Shown here: positions 8,839 through 19,168 of the stretch, piece after piece
Layout of the letters: each line of letters starts with the position of its first letter
Position numbering within the stretch: position 1 is the stretch's first letter
From: an uncultured Planctomycetales bacterium
Lineage (GTDB): Bacteria; Planctomycetota; UBA1135; JACQFD01
Assembly: GCA_964545855.1 (NCBI GenBank)
Contig: CAZJHD010000001.1
Location: forward strand, 84,065 to 148,064
Direction of reading: 5' to 3'
DNA length: 64,000 nucleotides
Made by a program: the position numbers and the translations under genes
The notes under the pieces: generated by a model
What the model was told of the DNA's origin: nothing
What the model saw: the letters and a program-made list of their open reading frames with translations, nothing else
Database searches by the model: none

Positions 8839-11808
8839 GTGATCCGCCGCGCCCCCGCCGCTCTCGTCCTCCCGCTCCTCCTCGCCTGCGCCGCCGAGCC
8901 CGCGCCGCGGCCGGCCGCGGAGAGCGCGGCGACGGCCGCGCCGGTGTCCGCGCCCGCGCAGGATCCCCCCGTCGATCTCTTCCCGCTCGTCGATCCCTTC
9001 GTCGGCACCGACGGCACGGGGCACACCTTCCCCGGCGCGAGCGTGCCCTGGGGGATGGTGCAGCTCTCCCCCGACACGCGCACGCAGGGGTGGGATGCGT
9101 GCTCCGGCTACCACGCGAGCCACCGGACGATCCTCGGCTTCTCGCACACGCACTTGAGCGGCACGGGCATCGGCGATCTCGGCGACGTGTTGCTCGTGCC
9201 GACGACGGGGCTGCTGCAGCTCGATCCGGGTCCCGAGGAGGATCCGGCGAGCGGGTATCGGTCCGCCTTCCGAGCCGGCACGGAGCGCGCGGCGCCCGGC
9301 TGGTACCGAGTCCTCCTCGAGGACCACGGCATCGACGCGGAGGTGACGGCGACGGAGCGCTGCGGGATGCATTCCTACCGCTTCCTTCCGGGGTCGAAGC
9401 CGAACGTCCTGATCGACCTGCGGCACGGGATCCAGGACCAGACCCTCGAGGCCTCCGCCGAGATCATCGGCGACCGCGAGATCACGGGCTTCCGCCGCTC
9501 GCGCGGCTGGGCCGCCGATCAGACGGTGTTCTTCGTGGCGCGCTTCAGCGAGCCGGTCCGCGAGAGCGGCCTGCGCGTCGACGGCGAGGTGCGCGAGGGC
9601 GCGCGCGAAGGACGCGGGCGCGACGTGGTCGCCTTCGCGCGCTTCGACCGGCCGGAGGACGGCCGCCTGCTCGTGAAGGTGGGCATCTCGTTCCGGAGCG
9701 TCGAGGGCGCGCGCCGCAACCTCGACGCCGAGATCGCCGGCTTCGACTTCGACGGCGTGCGCGCGCGCGCCGAGGCGCGCTGGCGCGAGGCGCTGTCGCC
9801 CGTCGAGGTCCGCGGCGGGAGCGAGCACGACGCCCGCGTCCTCGCGACGGCGCTCTACCACGCGTTCCTCGCGCCCTGCCTCGCGAGCGACGTGGGGGAG
9901 CCCGACGACTTCCACGTCTTCTCCCTGTGGGACACGTTCCGGGCGCTGCACCCGCTGCTCTCCCTCGTCGCGCCGGAGCGCAACTCCGCCTTCGTCGCGT
10001 CGATGCTCCGCTGGCACGAGCGGACGGGCCGGCTCCCCGTCTGGTCCCTCGCCGGCAACGAGACCGATTGCATGATCGGCTACCACGCGATCCCGGTGAT
10101 CGCCGACGCGTGGGCGAAGGGCGACCGCTCCTTCGACGGCGATCGCGCCCTCGACGCGATGCTCGCGAGCGCGCGCGGCGACCTCGCGGGGCTCCGCTGG
10201 TACCGCGAGCTCGGCTACGTGCCGTCGGACCGGGAGAACGAGTCGGTGTCGAAGACCCTCGAGTACGCCTACGACGACGCCTGCATCGCGCGGATGGCGC
10301 GCGACCTCGGGCGCGAGGACGTCGCCGCGGAGTTCGCGCGACGCGCGAAGGGCTGGGCGCACCTCCTCGATCCGGAGACCGGGTTCTTCCGCGCGCGTCG
10401 CAACGGCGACTGGCTCGAGCCCTTCGACCCGCGCGAGGTGAGCGCCGCCTACACGGAGGCGAACGCCTGGCAGTACTCCTTCTTCGCGCCGCACGACGTG
10501 GAGTCGCTGATGGCGGCCCACGGCGGTCCGGAGCCGTTCACGGCGCGGCTCGACGCGCTCTTCGCGGAGCCCTCGGAGACGACGGGCTGCGAGCAGCTCG
10601 ACATCACGGGGCGGATCGGCCAGTACGCCCACGGGAACGAGCCGAGCCATGCAGTCGCGTTCCTCTACGCCTACGCGGGGCGGCCCGACCGCGTGGCGGA
10701 GCGCGTCGCCGCGATCCGCCGCCTCTACGGCACGGGGCGCGACGGTCTCTGCGGCAACGACGACTGCGGCCAGATGTCGGCGTGGCACGTGCTCGCGGCG
10801 CTCGGCCTCTACGCGCCCGACCCCGCGGAGCCGACCTGGCTGATCGGCACACCGCTCTTCCCCGAGGCGCGCGTGCGCCTCGGCGGCGGACGCACGCTCG
10901 TGATCCGGGCCGAGGGAGTCTCCGAGAAGAACGTCCACGTCCGGTCGGCGACTTGGAACGGGAAGGCGATCACGCGCGCGTGGCTCGCGCACGCGGAGAT
11001 CGCGGGCGGCGGCACGCTCGCGCTCACGATGGGCGACGCGCCGAGCGACTGGGGCACGCGCCCCGAGGACCGCCCGCGCAGCGCGATCGGCGTCGAGATC
11101 ACGCCGAACCCGCGGATCGTGAGCGCCGAGCGCGTCTTCGTCGGATCGACGGAGGCGGCGCTGCGGAGCGACCTGCCGGGCGCGACGATCCGATCCACGC
11201 TCGACGGCACGGTTCCCACGGACGCGTCACCGGTCTACGAGGGGCCGATCCGCATCGAGCGATCGCTGCGGCTGCGCGCCGTGGCCCACGCGCCCGGGCG
11301 CGAACCCTCCTTCGCCGAGGAGGCCGCCTTCGCCTGGCTGCCGGCGCACCGCTCCGTCTCCTACGCGCACGCCTACGCGCCGCAGTACTCCGGCGGCGGG
11401 CGGCTCGCGCTCCTCGACGCGCAGCGCGGCGAGCCGTCGTCCTTCGCGCGATGGCAGGGCTTCGAGGGCGTTCCCTTCGAGGCCGTCGTCGACCTCGGCG
11501 AGTCGCGCGCGCTCGCGCGGGTCGCGGCCGGGTTCCTGCAGGACACGCGCTCCTGGATCTGGCTCCCGACGTCCGTCGAGTTCGCGCTCTCCGACGACGG
11601 CAGGGAGTTCCGCTCCCTCGGCACGATCCCCTGCGACGTCGACGAAGAGACGGTCGGCCCGCTCGTGCGCGACGTGGCCGCCGACGCCGGCGGCGCCCGC
11701 GCGCGCTTCGTGCGCATCGTCGCGACGAGCCGCGGCACCTGCCCGCCGTGGCATCCGGGCGCGGGCTCGAAGTGTTGGGTGTTCGTGGACGAGGTGATCG
11801 CCGAGTAG
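8839..11808 (+). CDS. GH92 family alpha-mannosidase with C-terminal CHB_HEX_C-like and F5/8 type C (discoidin) domains; lipoprotein
   Basis: It lies inside ORF 8611..11808. GTG 8839 gives the lipobox signal (M)IRRAPAALVLPLLLAC, and ATG 8785 is an alternative. GH92 hallmarks: DPFVGTDGTGHTFPGASVPWGMVQLSPDT, GFSHTHLSGTG, YHA.L.P, NEPS(H)..F.Y, CGNDDCGQMSAW. Confidence 0.9.
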   Translation: MIRRAPAALVLPLLLACAAEPAPRPAAESAATAAPVSAPAQDPPVDLFPLVDPFVGTDGTGHTFPGASVPWGMVQLSPDTRTQGWDACSGYHASHRTILGFSHTHLSGTGIGDLGDVLLVPTTGLLQLDPGPEEDPASGYRSAFRAGTERAAPGWYRVLLEDHGIDAEVTATERCGMHSYRFLPGSKPNVLIDLRHGIQDQTLEASAEIIGDREITGFRRSRGWAADQTVFFVARFSEPVRESGLRVDGEVREGAREGRGRDVVAFARFDRPEDGRLLVKVGISFRSVEGARRNLDAEIAGFDFDGVRARAEARWREALSPVEVRGGSEHDARVLATALYHAFLAPCLASDVGEPDDFHVFSLWDTFRALHPLLSLVAPERNSAFVASMLRWHERTGRLPVWSLAGNETDCMIGYHAIPVIADAWAKGDRSFDGDRALDAMLASARGDLAGLRWYRELGYVPSDRENESVSKTLEYAYDDACIARMARDLGREDVAAEFARRAKGWAHLLDPETGFFRARRNGDWLEPFDPREVSAAYTEANAWQYSFFAPHDVESLMAAHGGPEPFTARLDALFAEPSETTGCEQLDITGRIGQYAHGNEPSHAVAFLYAYAGRPDRVAERVAAIRRLYGTGRDGLCGNDDCGQMSAWHVLAALGLYAPDPAEPTWLIGTPLFPEARVRLGGGRTLVIRAEGVSEKNVHVRSATWNGKAITRAWLAHAEIAGGGTLALTMGDAPSDWGTRPEDRPRSAIGVEITPNPRIVSAERVFVGSTEAALRSDLPGATIRSTLDGTVPTDASPVYEGPIRIERSLRLRAVAHAPGREPSFAEEAAFAWLPAHRSVSYAHAYAPQYSGGGRLALLDAQRGEPSSFARWQGFEGVPFEAVVDLGESRALARVAAGFLQDTRSWIWLPTSVEFALSDDGREFRSLGTIPCDVDEETVGPLVRDVAADAGGARARFVRIVATSRGTCPPWHPGAGSKCWVFVDEVIAE

Positions 11809-11890
11809 GGGCGTACGGAGGTTTCTCGGGTCCCCGGCGGGGACGCGTGCCGATTCGTGCCTGCAGATCCTCGCAGCCACGGAGCCGCCC

Positions 11891-13615
11891 ATGCCGCGCC
11901 CCCGCACGTTCGCGCTTCTCGCCCTCGCATCGCTCGCGTCCTCGGCCGCGCTGGCTCCGTCCGTCCAAGCGCAGTTCCCGCCGATCGACTACTCCATCTC
12001 CTACGAGCCGCTCGCGGCCAACGAGCGCTGCGGCACCTCCTTCGCGCCGCTCGCCGACCTCGACGGGGACGGCGAGTGCGACGTCGCCGTGGGCTGCCCC
12101 GGCGCGAACGGCGACTCGGGCCGCGTCGCGATCCTCGACGGCGCCACGATGACGCAGCTCCACGAGATCACGCTGCCGGGCAACCCTGCGAACGCGGGCT
12201 TCGGCAGCTCGCTCGCCTTCGCGGGAGAGCCGGTGGGGCCCGGGAGCGTGCTCCTCCTCGTCGGCGCGCCGGGAATCGGAGTCGGCGGCACGGTCTACGT
12301 CCGTCTCGTGACCGCGACGGGCTCCGTCGATCTCGGGTCGGTCGTCTACGGCGAGGCGGGGGCGGGATGGGGCGACCAGCTCGTCGTCGGCGGCGACCAG
12401 AACGCGGACGGCGTCCCCGACTACGGCGCGATCGCTCCGCTCGCGAACTTCAGCGGCGTCGACTCGGGCTACCTCCAGATGTACGACGGGGCGACGGGCA
12501 ACCCCCTCCTGTTCATGTTCGGGAACCCTCTGGAAAGGCTCTCGCGGTGCGTGGCCACCATCGACGTGAACGAGGACGGTCGCGACGAATGCATCGCGTC
12601 GTTCCTCGGCTACCCGGGCGGGAACGGCCGCGGCGCCGTGTGGGCGTTCTCTCCGACGACGTTCACGTTCCTTCCGAATCCCGTTCTCGGCGCGAACCCC
12701 GGCGACCAGCTCGGAACGGGCCTCGCGGACGTCGGAGACGTCGACTGCAGCGGAGTGAGCGATCTCGGAATCGGCATTCCCGGCTGGGATCAGGGCGGGC
12801 TCACCGATCGCGGCAAAGTGGAGGTGCGGAGCGGGACCGACTTCACGAGCGTGCTCATCGAGGAGGTCGGCGTGCTGGAGGGAGACGAGCTCGGGCACGA
12901 CGTGACGAACTGCGGCGACATGGATGGAGACGGCTTCGACGACTTCTGCGCCACCGCGCCCGGCCACGAGGATCCGCCCGGCACGCCCGTGAACTACGCG
13001 GCGCTGTTCAACGGCCGGACGGGTGAGACGCTCTCCGTCGCGTTCAGCGGCCCGGCCATCTTCTCGAGCGGAATCAAGCTTCCCGGCTTCGCGAGCCCCG
13101 GCGACGCGATCCGCCGCTGCTACGCCCTCGACCCGGAGGACAGCACCGTGCAGCCGAACGGCGGCAGCATCGCCGTCGCGGAGCTCGCGCCGGAGGGCGT
13201 CGAGACCTTCGGCGCCGGCGCCGACGGTTGCGACGGCGCGCACACGATCTTCGTGAGCGACGCACCCCGCATCGGGAGCGTCGACTTTCGGATCCACTCG
13301 GCGCGCGCGCCGAAGCTGACGGTGCAGCTCCTCCTCGTCGCCGACGCGTCGAGCCCCGGGGGCACCGACCCCTTCGGTCTCGGCCTCGATCTCTTCGTCG
13401 ACCTGCTCGGCGCGACGGAGGTGCTCGCCTTCGACCTGCCCGTGAGCCCCTGCGGCCTCGCCGAGGTGCAGGCGCCGATCCCCAACGAGCCGCTGCTCGT
13501 CGGAAAGACCTACACGACGCAATCGATCTTCTTCTGGGCCGGTATCTGCCTCCCGACGCTCTACGGGCTCAGCTCCTCGGGAGGGATGAACCTCACGATC
13601 CAGCCGCCGAGCTGA
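11891..13615 (+). CDS. Secreted FG-GAP (integrin-alpha-like) repeat protein with conserved C-terminal two-Cys module
   Basis: Signal peptide MPRPRTFALLALASLASSAALAPSVQA. It has repeated FG...DxDGDG.xD...G.P motifs (DLDGDGECDVAVGCP, GDQNADGVPDY, IDVNEDGRDE, GDVDCSGVSDLGIG, GDMDGDGFDDF). The last ~141 aa are homologous to the C-termini of the genes ending at 16649 and 21763. Confidence 0.85.
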   Translation: MPRPRTFALLALASLASSAALAPSVQAQFPPIDYSISYEPLAANERCGTSFAPLADLDGDGECDVAVGCPGANGDSGRVAILDGATMTQLHEITLPGNPANAGFGSSLAFAGEPVGPGSVLLLVGAPGIGVGGTVYVRLVTATGSVDLGSVVYGEAGAGWGDQLVVGGDQNADGVPDYGAIAPLANFSGVDSGYLQMYDGATGNPLLFMFGNPLERLSRCVATIDVNEDGRDECIASFLGYPGGNGRGAVWAFSPTTFTFLPNPVLGANPGDQLGTGLADVGDVDCSGVSDLGIGIPGWDQGGLTDRGKVEVRSGTDFTSVLIEEVGVLEGDELGHDVTNCGDMDGDGFDDFCATAPGHEDPPGTPVNYAALFNGRTGETLSVAFSGPAIFSSGIKLPGFASPGDAIRRCYALDPEDSTVQPNGGSIAVAELAPEGVETFGAGADGCDGAHTIFVSDAPRIGSVDFRIHSARAPKLTVQLLLVADASSPGGTDPFGLGLDLFVDLLGATEVLAFDLPVSPCGLAEVQAPIPNEPLLVGKTYTTQSIFFWAGICLPTLYGLSSSGGMNLTIQPPS

Positions 13616-13697
13616 AAGGCGCGCGCGCCGCGCCCCGCGCGAGAAACGAACCGGGCGGAGCGGGGGTGAAGGAGGTGTCCTCCTCCACGAGCTCCCC

Positions 13698-16649
13698 ATG
13701 CATCGCTCGCACGCTCTGCTTCCGGCTGCTGTGCTCCTCCTCGCCTCGCTGGCGCCCGCCGCCCCGGCCCAGCAGGACCTCCTCACCCTGAACGGCGGTT
13801 CCTTCGGCGGTCAGTTCGGCTACGCCGTCGCGAACGCGGGCGACTGCGACGGCGACGGCCGCGACGACGTGGCCGTCGGCAGCCCCTTCGACGACACGGC
13901 CGCCGTCGACCAAGGGCGCGTGCGCTGCTACTCGGGCGCGACGGGAGCGCTCCTCTGGACGGCCGTGGGCGACGCGGCGGGCGACCAGCTGGGCCAGTCG
14001 ATCGCGACGGTCGGTGACGTGAACGGCGACGGGCGCTCCGATCTCGTCGTGGGCGCGCCCTACGCCGATCCGAACGGCGCCAACTCGGGGCGCGTGAAGA
14101 TCCTCTCGGGCGCGAACGGGAGCACGCTCCTCACGCTGAACGGCGTGGCGGCGGGCGACCGATTCGGATGGTCCGTCGCCTACGGAGGCGCGCCCTTCCT
14201 CGGGACGAAGCGGATCGTGGTCGGCGCGCCCTTCCGCGACACGGGCGGCGCCGACGCGGGGAGCGCCTACGTCTACACCGTGACGGGGACGCTCCTGAAG
14301 GAGTTCACGGGGGCGCAGGCGGGCGAGCACCGCGGGTGGAGCGTCGCCGGGGCGCTCGACGTGAACGGCGATCTCAGCCCCGACGTGATCGTCGGAGCAC
14401 CCGACTCCGACGTGATCGCGGCCGACAACGGGCGCGTCTACGTCTTCTCGGGAGCGAGCCCGTACCCGCAGCTCTACGAGCGGCTCGGCGCCGTCGGAGG
14501 AGACCGGTTCGGCTTCTCCGTGGCAGCCCTCGCGAACATCGACAACGACGGATTCGGCGACTTCGTCGTCGGCTCTCCGGGAGCCTCGAGCGGGAACGGG
14601 CGCGTGACGGTCCACTCGGGAGGGAACGCGGGGGCGCAGCTCACGAGCAAGAGCGGAGTGCCCGGCCAGAGCCTCGGCTGGTCCGTGGCGTCGCTCGGCG
14701 ACGTGAACCTCGACGGCCGCACCGATTGGATCGTCGGCGCGCCCGACGATCCGGCCGCCGGAGCCGTGGGCCGAGCGCTCGTCTACTCGGGGCTGACCCA
14801 CGCTCTGCTCACGACGCTCAGCGGCACGAACCCGAACGGTCGCTTCGGCGCCGCCGTCGGCGGCGGAGGCGACGTGAACGGAGACGGGAGGCCCGATCCG
14901 ATCGTCGGCTCCCCCGACGCGGCGATCCTCGGCCCGGAGCAGGGGAACGTCCGCGTCTTCTCGGGGAACGGATTCGGACAGCTCCTCGGGATCGACGGGC
15001 CGACGAACGGCGACCGCCTCGGCGGCGCGCTCTGCTCGATCGGCGACGTGAATGGCGACGGCCGAGCCGACTTCCTCGTGGGGTCGCCGCAGGCGGACCA
15101 CACCTTCTATGTCCTCCTCCAGCCGGTCACCCACGAGAACGCCGGCAGCGTGCGCTGCATCTCCGGCATCGACGGTTCGACGCTCTGGACGATCTGGGGC
15201 GATGGCGAGGGCGACGAACTCGGCGCATCGGTGGCGAGCCTCGGCTACGACTTCAACGTCGACGGGGTGGACGACTTCGTCGTGGGAGCGCCGCAGCGCC
15301 TCACCGCCAGCCCCGCCGGCGGCTACGCCCGTGTCTGCACGGGGCTGAACGGCGCGACGCTCGGCACGGTCGTCGAGGCCACCGCGTCGTCCGAGTTCGG
15401 CGCCGCCGTGGCGAACGCGGGGGATGTGACCGGAGACGGCCGGCCCGAGGCTCTCGTGGGCTCGCCTGGGTTCTCGGGCGGACGCGGGCGCATCGCGGTG
15501 ATGCTCGGTGGATTATTCGTCGAGGTCTCCATCGGGCCCCTGTCGATCGGCCAGCAGGCCGGCGAGCGGTTCGGGAGCTCGGTGGCAGCCCTCGGCGACG
15601 TGAACGGCGACGCCAAGTCGGACCTCCTCGTGGGCGCACCGTCGAACGACGCCGTCGGCGTCGACGCGGGCCGCGCCTACGCGATCTCGACGGGGGGCGC
15701 CGGCTCGCTGCTGTTCACGCTGAGCGGGACGAACGCGGGCGACCTCTTCGGGTCGTCGGTCTGCTCGCTCGGCGACTTCACGGGCGACGACGTGACCGAC
15801 GTCCTCGCCGTCGGAGCCCCCGGCGCCGACTACGCGCCTCTCGGGCTCACCAACTGCGGATCCGTGCGGAGCTTCTTCGTGGTGTCGCTCAGCGACTACT
15901 GGGTCGTCTTCGGCCAGGGCTCTCACGACCTCCTCGGATCGACGATCGCGAACGTTGGCGACTACTCGAACGACGGCTTCGACGACCTGATCGCGGGAGC
16001 TCCCGAGAACTTCTTCTTCTCCCTCGGGACCGGCTATGCGCAGGTCGTGAGCGGCTGGTACGGCGTCGTCTCCTACACCTTCCCGGGGAGCACGCTCGGA
16101 GAAGGCTTCGGCCTCGCCGTGGCGGCGGGCGGCGACGTGGACGCGAACGGCACGCTCGACGCCCTCGTGGGAAGCCCGTTCGCGAGCCCGAGCGGCCCAT
16201 CGTCGGGGCGCGCGAAGGCGATCTCGCTCCAGCCGGCGGGCGTCATCTACTACGGGACCGGCAGCGCGGGCTGCGCGGGAGACCAGAGGCTGCGCAACAG
16301 CATGGCGCCGCGGATCGGGACCTACTGGTTCACCTGGGGCGTGAACAACGCGCCGCCGAGCTCGCTCGGCCTGCTGCTCGCCTCCGACTCGCCGGACTTC
16401 GTCGGGTCGGACCCCTTCGGGATCGGCGTGCCGCTCCTCGTCGACCTGATCTTCGCGACGGAGGTCTACGGCCTCGACATCAACTCGACGGTCGAGGGCT
16501 TCGGGATCGCAGTCACGCCGATCGCGAACAACCCGATCCTCGTCGGCAAGCACTACTACGGTCAGACCCTCTGGGCCTGGGGGAGCTGCCCGCTGCCGCC
16601 CTACGGCTTGAGCACGAGCCACGCGGCAAACATCCAGATCCAGCCGTAG
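13698..16649 (+). CDS. Secreted FG-GAP repeat protein (983 aa, about 14 repeats) with the same C-terminal module
   Basis: Signal peptide MHRSHALLPAAVLLLASLAPAAPA. It has many FG-GAP units (FGYAVANAGDCDGDGRDDVAVGSP, LGQSIATVGDVNGDGRSDLVVGAP, and so on). The C-terminal 138 aa are homologous to 13190-13612 and 21338-21760. Confidence 0.85.
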   Translation: MHRSHALLPAAVLLLASLAPAAPAQQDLLTLNGGSFGGQFGYAVANAGDCDGDGRDDVAVGSPFDDTAAVDQGRVRCYSGATGALLWTAVGDAAGDQLGQSIATVGDVNGDGRSDLVVGAPYADPNGANSGRVKILSGANGSTLLTLNGVAAGDRFGWSVAYGGAPFLGTKRIVVGAPFRDTGGADAGSAYVYTVTGTLLKEFTGAQAGEHRGWSVAGALDVNGDLSPDVIVGAPDSDVIAADNGRVYVFSGASPYPQLYERLGAVGGDRFGFSVAALANIDNDGFGDFVVGSPGASSGNGRVTVHSGGNAGAQLTSKSGVPGQSLGWSVASLGDVNLDGRTDWIVGAPDDPAAGAVGRALVYSGLTHALLTTLSGTNPNGRFGAAVGGGGDVNGDGRPDPIVGSPDAAILGPEQGNVRVFSGNGFGQLLGIDGPTNGDRLGGALCSIGDVNGDGRADFLVGSPQADHTFYVLLQPVTHENAGSVRCISGIDGSTLWTIWGDGEGDELGASVASLGYDFNVDGVDDFVVGAPQRLTASPAGGYARVCTGLNGATLGTVVEATASSEFGAAVANAGDVTGDGRPEALVGSPGFSGGRGRIAVMLGGLFVEVSIGPLSIGQQAGERFGSSVAALGDVNGDAKSDLLVGAPSNDAVGVDAGRAYAISTGGAGSLLFTLSGTNAGDLFGSSVCSLGDFTGDDVTDVLAVGAPGADYAPLGLTNCGSVRSFFVVSLSDYWVVFGQGSHDLLGSTIANVGDYSNDGFDDLIAGAPENFFFSLGTGYAQVVSGWYGVVSYTFPGSTLGEGFGLAVAAGGDVDANGTLDALVGSPFASPSGPSSGRAKAISLQPAGVIYYGTGSAGCAGDQRLRNSMAPRIGTYWFTWGVNNAPPSSLGLLLASDSPDFVGSDPFGIGVPLLVDLIFATEVYGLDINSTVEGFGIAVTPIANNPILVGKHYYGQTLWAWGSCPLPPYGLSTSHAANIQIQP

Positions 16650-16655
16650 GGATAG

Positions 16656-16726
16656 TGGCCCCGAATCATTCACTTCCCCGGAGGTCCGCCGCGTGCGCAC
16701 CCCGGGGCGTGAATGATTCGGGGCCA
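16656..16726. repeat. Inverted repeat / terminator-like hairpin (18-bp perfect arms, 35-nt GC-rich spacer with an internal CCCCGG/CCGGGG pairing)
   Basis: tggccccgaatcattcac (16656-16673) is the exact reverse complement of gtgaatgattcggggcca (16709-16726). The element starts 7 nt after the TAG of the FG-GAP gene. Confidence 0.75.
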
Positions 16727-16901
16727 GTTTCCGTCGCCCGTCCTCGGTTCGGCGGCGGGCGGCTCGAGTCCCCGCTTGCGCCGCTCTCGGATGCAGGGGT
16801 AGCGTGCTCCGGTCCTGGACGCTTCCCGCCCGCTTCGTGCGGGGCGATCCGGGAGCCGGCGCCCGCGAGGCGCCCGAGGGTGTGATGAGTCACTGGAGCG
16901 C

Positions 16902-19151
<2,250 letters not shown>

Positions 19152-19168
19152 TCCGGGAGGGCGCTGCG

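Noticed and set aside
13670-13684. AGGAGG-TGT-CCTCCT hairpin upstream of the second FG-GAP gene, considered as a Shine-Dalgarno-sequestering switch
   Set aside because: The AGGAGG lies ~22 nt from ATG 13698, which is too far to be its SD. No in-frame alternative start lies closer, so it is probably part of a terminator or plain secondary structure.
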